From contig JALWZG010000018.1 of NCBI GenBank assembly GCA_027002825.1, positions 2,661 through 66,660 of the forward strand: a stretch of 64,000 nt of DNA, in the 5' to 3' direction. Below are positions 28,788 through 38,412 of this stretch, piece by piece. Position 1 is the stretch's first letter. Each line of letters starts with the position of its first letter. Source of the stretch: a candidate division WOR-3 bacterium. Its GTDB lineage: Bacteria; Hydrothermota; Hydrothermia; LBFQ01. The position numbers and the translations under genes were made by a program. The notes below the pieces were generated by a model that saw only the letters and a program-made list of their open reading frames with translations, had not been told where the DNA came from and made no database searches.

Positions 28788-29938
28788 AAGGGAGGGTTCT
28801 GTTCGTATCAGACGTCTACTACCCCTATCCCGGAGGTATATCCGAGCATATACACCAACTCTCAAAACACCTCAGGAGGAGGGGATGGGAGACCTACATA
28901 CTCACCACGAATTTCAAAGGTGGGGTTAAGGTGGACGACCCACCCTACGTCTTCAGGGTGGGTTTTCCCGTAAAAATACTGTTTAACGGCTCAATAGCCC
29001 CGGTGGCCTTCTCCTTCAGGATAAACTCGTACGTGAAGAACGTGATGCGGAGGATGGAGTTTGACATAGTCCACATACACGGTCAGGTCGCCCCCATCCT
29101 GCCCATGGTCGCCCTGAAGTTTTCCACGTCATACAACTTCATAACGTTTCACGCCGCCCACAACAAGAACATACTTTACAAACTCTTCAAACCCTACGTC
29201 CGCTCGTACTTTGCGAGGTTGCACGGCCGCATAGCCGTCTCCGAGGCCGCCATAAGACCCATCTTGGAGATCTTCCCCGATATTGATTACAGGATAATAC
29301 CCAACGGTGTTGATCTTGAGAGGTTCAGGCCGGACCTCGAACCTTTACCCCACCTCAGGGGGTACAGGAACATCCTCTTCGTGGGGCGTCCCGAACCCCG
29401 AAAGGGCCTGAAGTACGCCATACTCGCCATGCCGAGAATACTCAAAGAGATACCCGACGCCCAGCTCGTAGTCGTGGGGGACGGCCCACTGCTCGGGTGG
29501 TACAAGTCCATGGTGCCGGAGAGCGTAAAGGAGAGGGTGCGCTTTGAGGGTAGAGTCTCCGCCCGGATCCTTCCGAGGTACTACAGGTCGGCTGAGGTCT
29601 TCGTATCGCCCGCTACGGGTTCTGAGAGCTTCGGCCTGGTCCTGCTTGAGGCCATGGCGACCGGAACACCGGTCGTTGCCGCCAGAAACGAGGGGTACTC
29701 CCTCGTCATAAAGGACGGGGAAAACGGACTGCTGTGTGAGGTGGAGGACAAGGAGGATCTGGCCGAAAAGGTCATACGGGTTATGAAGGACGGGAAGCTC
29801 AGGGAGAGGATCGTCAAAGGTGGACTCCTAACGGCGAGGGAACACGGATGGGACAGGATAACCGAGAGGGTGGAGAGGTATTACCTGGACGTCATGGAGG
29901 GGGTTGGGTATGAAGGCGGTAGAGTTCGTGCGGTGTAG
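28784..29938 (+). CDS. Family-4 glycosyltransferase (GT-B fold)
   Basis: EX7E motif region ESFGLVLLEAMATGTPVV; ~380 aa; ATGA overlap with the Wzz-like gene. Confidence 0.8.
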   Translation: MKGRVLFVSDVYYPYPGGISEHIHQLSKHLRRRGWETYILTTNFKGGVKVDDPPYVFRVGFPVKILFNGSIAPVAFSFRINSYVKNVMRRMEFDIVHIHGQVAPILPMVALKFSTSYNFITFHAAHNKNILYKLFKPYVRSYFARLHGRIAVSEAAIRPILEIFPDIDYRIIPNGVDLERFRPDLEPLPHLRGYRNILFVGRPEPRKGLKYAILAMPRILKEIPDAQLVVVGDGPLLGWYKSMVPESVKERVRFEGRVSARILPRYYRSAEVFVSPATGSESFGLVLLEAMATGTPVVAARNEGYSLVIKDGENGLLCEVEDKEDLAEKVIRVMKDGKLRERIVKGGLLTAREHGWDRITERVERYYLDVMEGVGYEGGRVRAV

Positions 29939-30515
29939 CATAGGGTACTCCGGCAGACCGGTTATAGAGGACTTTACGGCCCACGTTGAGGAAGGTGAGA
30001 TTTTAAACGTTTACGGTGAAAACGGAAGCGGTAAGACCACCCTGCTGAGGGCGCTGATAGGGGCAGCGGTGGTCAGGGGAAGCATAAGGATCTTCTCAAG
30101 GAACATACTTGACCTGCTCCCGGCCGAAAAGGTGAGGTACGTTTCCGTCCTTTTCGGAGAGGTTATAAGGAGCGATATAACCTCCGAGAGGTACCTCTCC
30201 CTATCCTTCATGTCGGACTGGAGGGATCTGGCGGAGTTTTTCGGGATCTCGGACCTCCTCCACATCCCCATGAGGAGACTCTCATCGGGTCAGAACAGGA
30301 AGGTGCAACTCGTGAGGGCACTCTCCTCCACCGCCCCCGTCCTCGCCCTTGACGAACCCTTCGCCCACCTTGACGAGGAGAGCAAGGAGAGGGTTCTGCA
30401 AAAGGTGTTGGACCTCAGGAGAAAGGGACGGACCATCATAATAACCTCGCACAAACCCTTGGGCCTCGGAAAGGCGGTGCGTCTGACGGAGTTCAACCCC
30501 CACTTCCGCTCCTGA
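29904..30515 (+). CDS. Small ABC-transporter ATP-binding protein (no adjacent permease)
   Basis: Walker A GENGSGKTTLLRAL, signature LSSGQNRKVQLVRAL, Walker B LALDEPFAHLD; 203 aa. Confidence 0.75.
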   Translation: MGMKAVEFVRCSIGYSGRPVIEDFTAHVEEGEILNVYGENGSGKTTLLRALIGAAVVRGSIRIFSRNILDLLPAEKVRYVSVLFGEVIRSDITSERYLSLSFMSDWRDLAEFFGISDLLHIPMRRLSSGQNRKVQLVRALSSTAPVLALDEPFAHLDEESKERVLQKVLDLRRKGRTIIITSHKPLGLGKAVRLTEFNPHFRS

Positions 30516-31125
30516 AGTGAGCGCATTCCCCCTTCAACGGGCAGCGTGAGCAGTTCGGTTTTCCCCTGCAGTAAACCTTCCCCAACTCGTCTATAAGGGC
30601 GTGCATCTCCTTCAGGTATAGGAGGTCATCGTTTACAAAGAGTGTCTCCCTTATCTCCCCATCGCCCATATCCCTCCCGAAGAAGCGTTTCACCCACCTG
30701 CGCGTGTAGTTGTCAACCACGAAGGTGGGAATCCCGTAAGCGTAGAGCAGTATAACGTCTGCCGTCTCCTCCCCTACCCCGTAGACCTTTAGGAGGGATT
30801 CCCTCCGCGGTGGAAGTCCTCCGCCCAACACCCTGTGGAGTTCCTTAAGGGTTTTCACCTTCCTCCTGACATAAACCGTCGGTCTCAGGAGCTCGTACAA
30901 AAGGCCATCCGGCTGTACAAAAAAGGCCTTCAGGTCGGTTATACCCGCCCTCTCAAGGTTTTTGAGTGCGATGACCACGTTTTCCCACCTTGTGCCTTGG
31001 GTTAGGACCGCACCTATGACCACCTCATCGCGGAAACTCCCACCTCTCCAGACCTTTGGCCACCACCTCTGTAAACCGAAGCGGCAGAGCAGTTTGAAAA
31101 AAACCCTTTCTACCTCAGCCCTCAC
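30493..31125 (-). CDS. HhH-GPD base-excision DNA glycosylase, endonuclease III-like with [4Fe-4S] cluster
   Basis: Helix-hairpin-helix (LKVYGVGEETADVILLYAYG), C-terminal CxxxxxxC...CxxC cluster loop (CSRCPLKGEC). Confidence 0.7.
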   Translation of the reverse strand: MRAEVERVFFKLLCRFGLQRWWPKVWRGGSFRDEVVIGAVLTQGTRWENVVIALKNLERAGITDLKAFFVQPDGLLYELLRPTVYVRRKVKTLKELHRVLGGGLPPRRESLLKVYGVGEETADVILLYAYGIPTFVVDNYTRRWVKRFFGRDMGDGEIRETLFVNDDLLYLKEMHALIDELGKVYCRGKPNCSRCPLKGECAHFRSGSGG

Positions 31126-31606
31126 CCTTTCCCCTGACCATATCCTTCAGGTAGCGGGCCACGGGTTGGGGTAGGAAATCCGACACATCCCCTCCGAGGT
31201 GGAAGATCTCCTTCACGAAGGAGGAGGACAGGTAGGCGTACTTCTCCGATGAGAGCAGGAAAACGGTCTCAAGGTCGCCGTAGAGCTTCTTGTTCATCCA
31301 TGCCATCTTCATCTCGTACTCGTAATCGGACACCGCCCTTATCCCCCTTATTATGATGTTGGTCTTCTCTTCTCTTGCGAACTCGACCAAGAGCTTGCAG
31401 AAACCCTTCACCGTGACGTTGGGGAGATGGCCCACACTCTCCGATATGAGATCCACCCTGACCTCAAGGGGTAGAAGGGGGGTTTTGTGGCGGGGTTCGG
31501 CAACCGCTATGATGAGTTCGTCAAAGAGCTTCGCCGCCCTCTCCACTATGTCCAGATGTCCGAGGGTGAAGGGATCAAACGTCCCCGGATAAACCGCCTT
31601 TCTCAC
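31115..31606 (-). CDS. coaD: Phosphopantetheine adenylyltransferase (CoaD); start placed at internal GTG (the track ORF extends 28 aa further)
   Basis: KAVYPGTFDPFTLGHLDIV nucleotidyltransferase motif at the N-terminus, typical ~160-aa PPAT body. Confidence 0.85.
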   Translation of the reverse strand: MRKAVYPGTFDPFTLGHLDIVERAAKLFDELIIAVAEPRHKTPLLPLEVRVDLISESVGHLPNVTVKGFCKLLVEFAREEKTNIIIRGIRAVSDYEYEMKMAWMNKKLYGDLETVFLLSSEKYAYLSSSFVKEIFHLGGDVSDFLPQPVARYLKDMVRGKGEG

Positions 31607-31670
31607 GCCGGAATTATAGGCACGACTTGAGCGTCGCCGTCCCGGATTTCCCCTTATAATATATGGTGCT

Positions 31671-33206
31671 ATGTCGCTTCCCTCTCTCATTCCCTACGTG
31701 TACAGCGGTGCCGGGGGGATAAAAGTGGTGAGCGGAGAGGATACGTTTGAAGTGGAGGTGGTGGAGAAGGAGTGCGGTGGTCCACCGGTTTCACCTTTTT
31801 CCCTGACCTGGGGATACTTTTACACACCGGTTCCCACGGCGGGTCAAAGCTCGTACGCAAGCGATAACGCCCTCATCCTTATGGGTGAGCGTTATATAGG
31901 AAGCGAGGGGATCAGCTACCTCTCGCCCAGCGATACGTCAAGTGTGGGTGTGATTCTGGTAGATCCGAGCGGCAACGCCCGTTATATAGCGTTTGTCAGG
32001 GACACGTTCTTTGAATGGGGACGGGTGCTAACCCGTATTCCCTCATCCTCTTCCCTTGTAATAGCCGGCCTGACACGTGCCGCCGGCACCTACACCTACT
32101 TTCCCATAGTCCTGAAGGTTGACACGAACGGTACGGTGTACTGGGCAAAGGTGATAAACCTTACTTACTTCTTCCCCGATGTCGTGTTGCACGTTCCGAA
32201 CACACCTTACATCTTCATTATGGGTCGCAACTACGCCCTGAAAATGGACACACTCGGAAACGTTGTGGGCGCCTACTGGTACCGTCCGGCTGCTTCTGGG
32301 GAGTGGCTTGTATTCTACGATGCCATACCCCTTGGGGATACGGGTATACTGGCCGTGGGGTATTCTTACAACTCGCTTAGAAGGATGGACCCCCTGATGG
32401 TGAGCCTGGACCTCTCCGGAAACGTGCGCTGGGCCAGAACTCACATAGTAAGCGATACCTTTGACTACGTTTTCTTCATAAAACCCACACCTGACGGTTT
32501 CTTGGCCGGAGGGGCCACCTACGGCTACCTTGCAACCGCATCCAGGGATTACGCCTCCGTCCTCGTCATGAAGTTTGACGGAAGCTTCAACCTAACCTGG
32601 GCAAAAGCCATAGACATAGACACTTTCCACACGTCCATTTCATCGGGTGTTGTCCTGAGCGATGGGTACGCTTTCCCGGGCTTTAGTTATTACAACTTCG
32701 TTTCCTCATTTGTCATGAAAATGGACCCCTCTGGAAACATCACCTCTTTTCAGGTGAATACCGCAAGGAGTTTCTTTTTCGGACCTTCCATAAGATACGG
32801 GGTAGACATGGTCAGCGGTCCGGTGTTTGAGCTCTGGAGATTCGCCGGCGGGACGTACTCCCCCTGCTTGACGCCGCTGAGCTTTGACAGCCTTGACATA
32901 ACCGACAGCATAAACACCGTTTCCTATCCCATAAACCGCTTCACCCTCTCAGTTTCGGACTCCTCCATCACGCTAACGCCCCAAAACCTCTCGGCGAACA
33001 GATACACGCAGTGCGCACCTCTAAACGATTCCCTTCCCTTGGGATTTTCTGAGGGTGTTGAAGAAAAGCCCGCTTATGTGGAGATATACGATGTCTCCGG
33101 TAGACTGATCCTCAGAGTAAGGGATGGGGGTTTGGAAGGATTACCCCGAGGTGTGTTCTTCATCCGAACCGGAGATGGAAAGTTCATAAGGTTTATCAAG
33201 CGGTAG
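31671..33206 (+). CDS. Secreted beta-propeller repeat protein with T9SS-type CTD
   Basis: Repeated ~45-aa beta-strand blocks (xGxxxW/YAK motifs); C-terminus YVEIYDVSGRLILRV...GVFFIRTGDGKFIRFIKR. Confidence 0.55.
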   Translation: MSLPSLIPYVYSGAGGIKVVSGEDTFEVEVVEKECGGPPVSPFSLTWGYFYTPVPTAGQSSYASDNALILMGERYIGSEGISYLSPSDTSSVGVILVDPSGNARYIAFVRDTFFEWGRVLTRIPSSSSLVIAGLTRAAGTYTYFPIVLKVDTNGTVYWAKVINLTYFFPDVVLHVPNTPYIFIMGRNYALKMDTLGNVVGAYWYRPAASGEWLVFYDAIPLGDTGILAVGYSYNSLRRMDPLMVSLDLSGNVRWARTHIVSDTFDYVFFIKPTPDGFLAGGATYGYLATASRDYASVLVMKFDGSFNLTWAKAIDIDTFHTSISSGVVLSDGYAFPGFSYYNFVSSFVMKMDPSGNITSFQVNTARSFFFGPSIRYGVDMVSGPVFELWRFAGGTYSPCLTPLSFDSLDITDSINTVSYPINRFTLSVSDSSITLTPQNLSANRYTQCAPLNDSLPLGFSEGVEEKPAYVEIYDVSGRLILRVRDGGLEGLPRGVFFIRTGDGKFIRFIKR

Positions 33207-33238
33207 TTCGTCCACCACCCCCGGTATAATTCCCACTT

Positions 33239-36142
33239 ATGGCCAAAGATTACAAGGACACCCTGAACATGCCCCGCACCGACTTCCCCATGCGCGGGCG
33301 TCTGCCCAAGAGGGAGCCGCTCTTCCAGAGGAAGTGGGAGGAGAAGGGCGTTTTCAAGAGGTTGAAGGAGAGGGAGGCTCCCCTGTTCATCCTGCACGAC
33401 GGCCCCCCCTACTCCAACGGCCACATCCACATAGGCCACGCTCTCAACAAGGCCCTCAAAGACTTCGTCGTCAGGTACAAGGCCCTTCGGGGCTACCGTG
33501 TGAGTTTCGTCCTCGGGTGGGACAACCACGGCATGCCCATAGAGAAGGCTGTACTGGACAGTAAGAAGACCCTAAAGAGATTGAAGAACCTGTTAAAGGA
33601 GAAGGTGAGCGATGAGGTTAAGGGTATGGTAGAGGACGTAGTTTCCTCAATAGACGAGGCCATAAAAGCCAAGGAGGAGAGGGGATTTGAGGATCCGGAG
33701 GTCAAGAGGTTGATAAGGGAGGCCAGCCGCAAGTACGCCGCCCTGTGGGTGGAGGTGCAGAAGGAGGAGTTCAAGCGTCTCGGTGTCCTGACGGACTGGG
33801 AGGACATCTACCTTACGATGGATCCGGAGATAGAGGCGAAGGAGACGGAGGTCCTCGCAAAGTTCACGGAGGAGGGGTACATATACCGGGGGTACATGCC
33901 CCTGCCGTGGTCCAGAGAGAGCCAGAGCGCCCTCGCCATGGCCGAGATAGAGTACTACGAGAAGGAATCCCCCTCCCTGTGGTTCCTGGCTAAGTCCCTT
34001 GACAACGACTACTACATCTTGGTATGGACGACCACCCCATGGACCCTCTTCGGAAACCGGGCCTTCGCCTTCTCCCCCGGAATGGAGTACGTCCTCTTCC
34101 GCCTCCCCGATGGTCGCACGGTGGTTTTCTCGGCGGAGGCCCTGGACAGGATAAGGGAGACCCTCGGGTGGGAGGGGGAGGTAGTGGGCAGGAAGAAGGG
34201 AACGGAGTTTGAGGGGGAGAAGTTCCAGCACCCCCTATTTAAGGACAGGGTTTCCCCCGGCATCCTCGCCGACTTCGTATCGGCCGAGGAGGGTTCCGGA
34301 ATAGTGCATATCGCTCCCGGCCACGGTAAGGAGGACTACGAAATCGGTAAGGTTTACGGCCTTGAGGTCTTCTCACCCGTGGACGAGAGGGGTAACTTCA
34401 CGAAGGAGGCAGACGAGCAGACCGCCCACCCCCTCAACGTCGTCGGTTTGAGCATAGAGGAGGGAGGTAAGAGGGCGATAGAGAGGTTGAAGGAACTCGG
34501 CACCTTCGTAAAACTCGGAAAGATTCGCCACAGCTACCCCCACGACTGGAGGTACAAGAAGCCCCTGATATTCAGGGCCACGAGCCAGTGGTTCCTATCC
34601 CTTGACCATAAGGATCTACGTGAGAGGGCGTTGAAGGCCATACTGAACGACGTCAAGTGGCATCCCCCGGAGAGCATAAACCGCATATACGCCTCCGTGA
34701 AGGAGAGGCCGGACTGGGTACTCTCCCGCCAGAGGGCCTGGGGGGTCTTCATACCGGCGGTTAAGTGTGAGGACTGCGGGTGGGAGACCCTGGTGCCGGA
34801 GGTGATGCACAGACTCGCCGAGGACATAAGGGCGGGAAACAGCGACGCCTGGCTCACCGAACCGCTGGACAGGTACCTCCCCGAAGGCTTCAAGTGCGAG
34901 AAGTGCGGGGGGACGCGCTTTTCCAAGAGGTACGATATACTTGACGTCTGGTTTGACTCCGGCTCAACCTGTATAACCGTCCTCAAGGGCCGTAATATCG
35001 GCTACCCGGCCGACGTCTACCTTGAGGGGTGGGACCAGCACAGGGGGTGGTTCAACGCCTCCCTGATGGTCGGGATGGCGTACGAGGGTAAGGCCCCCTA
35101 CCGGACGGTCATCACCCACGGCTTCGTTCTGGACGAGGAGGGGAGGGCCATGTCCAAGTCCCTCGGAAACGTCGTAAGCCCCAACGAGGTGATAGACAAG
35201 TACGGGGCGGACGTCCTCCGGCTGTGGGTGGCCTCCGTTGAATACACCCAGGATGTACGTATAGGTGAGGAGATCCTGAAGCGGGTCGTAGACGCCTACC
35301 GCAAGATAAGGAACACCTTCCGCTACCTCCTCTCCAACCTCTACGATTTCACCGATCCCCTACCCCTTGAGGAGATGCTCCCCTCCGACAGGTGGGCCTT
35401 GTCCCGGCTCTACGGGGTTATGGAGGAGGCGAAGAGGCTGTACGAGGCCTACGAGTTCAACAGGCTGTACCGTCTGCTCTACAACTACGTCGTGGAGCTA
35501 TCCTCCTTCTACTTTGAGTCCCTGAAGGACCGCCTCTACACGTGGGCGCCGCAGGGGAGGGGAAGGAGGTCCGCCCAGACCGCCCTGTACTACATCCTCC
35601 AGCAGCTTCTCCTCGCCTTCTCCCCCATAATCCCCCACACCACCGAGGAGGCCTGGGAGTACGCCCCCATCAAGGACAAGCCGGAGAGCATCGCCCTCGC
35701 CCTGTGGGAGGACCTGCCCAAGGAGTTTAAGGACGAGGCCCTGGAGAGGGACTTCGCCCTACTCTTAAACATGCGGGAGGAGGTCTATCCCGCCCTTGAG
35801 GTACTCCGCAGGGACCGCAAACTGATAGGCCAGAACCTTGACGCCCGCATAGAGGTCAAACCGAAGGGGGAGTACGGGCGGCTCCTTGAGAGGTACCTCC
35901 CCTACCTGAAGGAAATCTTCGGCGTCTCCCAGTTCGTAATCTCCGGCGAGCCTACAGGGGACGAGAAGGTGGACGGGGAGTACGGCCTGTGGGCGGTTAG
36001 CCACGCCAAGGGGAACAAGTGTCCGAGGTGCTGGATGTGGTGGGAGGACCTGCCGGAGGGTGAGGTCTGTCCGAAGTGCGCCGCCGCCCTGAAGGGGGAG
36101 GACCACCTCCAAAGGGTTGAAACGGACGCAGATATGCTTTAG
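33239..36142 (+). CDS. ileS: Isoleucyl-tRNA synthetase
   Basis: HIGH motif (PPYSNGHIHIGHALN), KMSKS (RAMSKSLGN), editing domain, C-terminal Zn knuckles (KCPRCW...CPKC); 967 aa. Confidence 0.95.
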   Translation: MAKDYKDTLNMPRTDFPMRGRLPKREPLFQRKWEEKGVFKRLKEREAPLFILHDGPPYSNGHIHIGHALNKALKDFVVRYKALRGYRVSFVLGWDNHGMPIEKAVLDSKKTLKRLKNLLKEKVSDEVKGMVEDVVSSIDEAIKAKEERGFEDPEVKRLIREASRKYAALWVEVQKEEFKRLGVLTDWEDIYLTMDPEIEAKETEVLAKFTEEGYIYRGYMPLPWSRESQSALAMAEIEYYEKESPSLWFLAKSLDNDYYILVWTTTPWTLFGNRAFAFSPGMEYVLFRLPDGRTVVFSAEALDRIRETLGWEGEVVGRKKGTEFEGEKFQHPLFKDRVSPGILADFVSAEEGSGIVHIAPGHGKEDYEIGKVYGLEVFSPVDERGNFTKEADEQTAHPLNVVGLSIEEGGKRAIERLKELGTFVKLGKIRHSYPHDWRYKKPLIFRATSQWFLSLDHKDLRERALKAILNDVKWHPPESINRIYASVKERPDWVLSRQRAWGVFIPAVKCEDCGWETLVPEVMHRLAEDIRAGNSDAWLTEPLDRYLPEGFKCEKCGGTRFSKRYDILDVWFDSGSTCITVLKGRNIGYPADVYLEGWDQHRGWFNASLMVGMAYEGKAPYRTVITHGFVLDEEGRAMSKSLGNVVSPNEVIDKYGADVLRLWVASVEYTQDVRIGEEILKRVVDAYRKIRNTFRYLLSNLYDFTDPLPLEEMLPSDRWALSRLYGVMEEAKRLYEAYEFNRLYRLLYNYVVELSSFYFESLKDRLYTWAPQGRGRRSAQTALYYILQQLLLAFSPIIPHTTEEAWEYAPIKDKPESIALALWEDLPKEFKDEALERDFALLLNMREEVYPALEVLRRDRKLIGQNLDARIEVKPKGEYGRLLERYLPYLKEIFGVSQFVISGEPTGDEKVDGEYGLWAVSHAKGNKCPRCWMWWEDLPEGEVCPKCAAALKGEDHLQRVETDADML

Positions 36143-36157
36143 AATACCAACGCAAAA

Positions 36158-36550
36158 ATGGAAAAGTTGAAGGCTCTGCTTGATGAGCTCGTCGGAAGCC
36201 TAAACGAGATAATCGCCGTGGTTCTGACCACAACCGACGGGTTCCCCCTGGGGTTTGCCTCCAAGATCCCCATAGACGCCGAGAGAGAGGCGGCCGCAAT
36301 AGCGAGTTTGGCCAGCCTGTCTACGAGGTCCACGGACCTGGCGGGTATCGGACCCGCCGAGGAAATCCTCATAACGTCCGAGATCGGTAGGATCTTCGTT
36401 TATCCCATAGGCGAGTTGACGGCCATAGGCATAATTACGGTCAGGGATGTGACCACAGCGCTCGTCCTGTTGAAGGTGCGGCAACTCCTCCCGGAGATTG
36501 AAGCCGAACTGGAGAGGCTCCTTGGAGACAGGACAGGGGGTAGTGTGTGA
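36158..36550 (+). CDS. Roadblock/LC7 (MglB-like) domain protein
   Basis: Roadblock fold signature (AVVLTTTDGFPLGF...GRIFVYPIGELTAIGIIT); 130 aa. Confidence 0.7.
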   Translation: MEKLKALLDELVGSLNEIIAVVLTTTDGFPLGFASKIPIDAEREAAAIASLASLSTRSTDLAGIGPAEEILITSEIGRIFVYPIGELTAIGIITVRDVTTALVLLKVRQLLPEIEAELERLLGDRTGGSV

Positions 36551-37110
36551 AGGATTACAGAGAGGTTTTGAAGAGCTTTGAGTCCATAGCGGGTCCTATC
36601 AAACCCCACGCCGAAGTTCTCAGGAGATACGCCGAGAATCTAAAGGAATGGGATGAGCTCCTTGTGAAGGTCTTCTACGATACGCTCTTTTCGTACGGGA
36701 CGAGTGCGTCAATCTTCCGTGAAGGTGAGCGCACCGAGAGGGAGGTGGCCTTAAAGATGTGGTACAGGAGGGTTGTAAGCGGTGAGTGGGACGAATCCTT
36801 CTGGGAATGGCAGTTCAGGAAGGTGGGATTTGCGCATGTGATACGGGGAATTCCCAACGAGTTCATCCTATCCGCCATGTCCCTCTTGCAGAGGACCTTC
36901 CTTGAGAAGGCTCTGCAGGAGTTTCCGGTTGAGGAGGCCGTACGCGTGTACACCGCCTTCAAACACATAACCGACGCCGTGGCAACCCTGATGGCGGCTG
37001 GGTACATGTACTGCTACCTTGAGGCCCTTAGCGAATCCACGGGCATGCCCCCTGCCCTCATAGAAAGACACGCAGTCCTGTTGGCGAGGAGGATTTACGA
37101 GGAGATATAA
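36547..37110 (+). CDS. Single-domain sensor globin / protoglobin-family protein
   Basis: Globin-coupled-sensor hallmarks: B-helix FYDTLF (Tyr B10), proximal-His block FAHVIRGIPNEF; 187 aa; ATGA overlap with the roadblock gene. Confidence 0.55.
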   Translation: MKDYREVLKSFESIAGPIKPHAEVLRRYAENLKEWDELLVKVFYDTLFSYGTSASIFREGERTEREVALKMWYRRVVSGEWDESFWEWQFRKVGFAHVIRGIPNEFILSAMSLLQRTFLEKALQEFPVEEAVRVYTAFKHITDAVATLMAAGYMYCYLEALSESTGMPPALIERHAVLLARRIYEEI

Positions 37111-37116
37111 AAAAAG
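37111..37116 (-). terminator. U-run following the 5S helix I (intrinsic-terminator-like 3' end)
   Basis: 5S 3' helix-I arm GUGGUCCGGGUC followed directly by UUUUU, before the stop of the convergent protoglobin gene. Confidence 0.4.
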
Positions 37117-37237
<121 letters not shown>

Positions 37238-37247
37238 TAAGGGTAGA

Positions 37248-37275
37248 ATAATGTGGCCTTTCGGAAAAATGTCAA
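37248..37275 (-). promoter_or_regulatory. Sigma-70-like promoter immediately upstream of the 5S rRNA gene (TTGACA-N16-CATTAT)
   Basis: Minus strand: perfect -35 TTGACA (~37270-37275), 16-nt spacer, -10 CATTAT (~37248-37253), ~10 nt to the 5S 5' end. Confidence 0.45.
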
Positions 37276-37279
37276 GTCA

Positions 37280-37609
37280 TCATACGGTGGACGCCGGCAT
37301 CTCCTTGCCCGCGAGGATGTGGATGTGGAGGTGGAAGACCTCCTGACCCGCCCCCTTTCCGCTGTTGCTCACGATCCTGTAATCCTTGACGCCGAGTCTT
37401 TCAACCGTATGCCTTATGCCCCGTATCAGGGCGTGGGCGAGCTCAACCGGCACCTCCTCCGCCAGGTTGGTTATGTGTTTTTTGGGGATGAGGAGGACGT
37501 GTACGGGCGCCTGAGGGTTTATATCGTGGAAGGCCATCACATGCCCGTCCTCGTACACCACCTTCGCCGGCAGGTTTCCCTTCACTATCTCGCAGAACAC
37601 ACAGCTCAT
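37280..37609 (-). CDS. HIT-family (histidine triad, Hint-like) nucleotide hydrolase
   Basis: CVFCEI N-terminus and HLHIHIL histidine triad; 109 aa. Confidence 0.85.
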   Translation of the reverse strand: MSCVFCEIVKGNLPAKVVYEDGHVMAFHDINPQAPVHVLLIPKKHITNLAEEVPVELAHALIRGIRHTVERLGVKDYRIVSNSGKGAGQEVFHLHIHILAGKEMPASTV

Positions 37610-37629
37610 AGGGGGAGATTCTACGGCCG

Positions 37630-38376
37630 TTATACGCCCAGACCCTTTGTTATCCCCTCGTATCCCTCCTCCTCAAGCCTGAGGGAGAGTTCAAACCCAC
37701 CGCTCAGGACTATACGGCCGTCAACCATTACGTGAACCCTGTCCGGTTTCACGTAGTTCAGTATCCTCTGGTAGTGGGTTATGAGGAGCATGGACATCTC
37801 GGGGTTTTCCTCCTTCGCCTTCGTCAAGGCGGCTCCCACCACGCGCACGGCGTCTATGTCAAGACCGGAGTCTATCTCGTCCAGTACGGCGAGCTTCGGC
37901 TTCAGGGTTAGGAGCTGGGCTACCTCGGACCTCTTCTTCTCGCCTCCGGAAAACCCCACGTTGATCTCCCTGTCTATGAAATCCCCTATTCCGAGGACCT
38001 CGTAATACCTGCGAAGTAGCCGCCTGAACTCCATGGGGCCCATATCCCAACCGAGGGATCGGGATGCCTTCCACATCATCTGCGATACCCTCACCCCCTC
38101 TATCTCATAGGGGTACTGAAAGGCGAGGAATATCCCCCGCTTCGCCCTCTCGTCGGGGGGGAGATCCAAAACGCTCTCACCTTCAAACAGCACATCCCCT
38201 TCCAAAACCTCGTATTCGGGATGTCCCATCAGGACCATGGCGAGGGTGCTTTTACCCGATCCGTTCGGCCCCATTATGGCGTGTACCTCTCCCCTCTCTA
38301 TCGTCAGGTCAACGCCTTTGAGTATAAGCGTGTCCTCTACCTTCACCTTCAGGTTCTTTACCTCTAACAGCGCCAT
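37630..38376 (-). CDS. sufC: Fe-S cluster assembly ATPase SufC
   Basis: MGPNGSGKSTL Walker A, SufC-type FSGGEKKRSEV signature, LAVLDEIDSGLD Walker B; 248 aa. Confidence 0.85.
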   Translation of the reverse strand: MALLEVKNLKVKVEDTLILKGVDLTIERGEVHAIMGPNGSGKSTLAMVLMGHPEYEVLEGDVLFEGESVLDLPPDERAKRGIFLAFQYPYEIEGVRVSQMMWKASRSLGWDMGPMEFRRLLRRYYEVLGIGDFIDREINVGFSGGEKKRSEVAQLLTLKPKLAVLDEIDSGLDIDAVRVVGAALTKAKEENPEMSMLLITHYQRILNYVKPDRVHVMVDGRIVLSGGFELSLRLEEEGYEGITKGLGV

Positions 38377-38412
38377 AGAGGGTATTCTAAGGTTGAAATC
38401 TGACCTTTGAGG

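Noticed and set aside
29904-30515. Calling the 203-aa ABC ATPase CcmA (haem exporter)
   Set aside because: No ccmB/ccmC nearby, and the size alone is not diagnostic. It is kept as a generic ABC ATP-binding protein.
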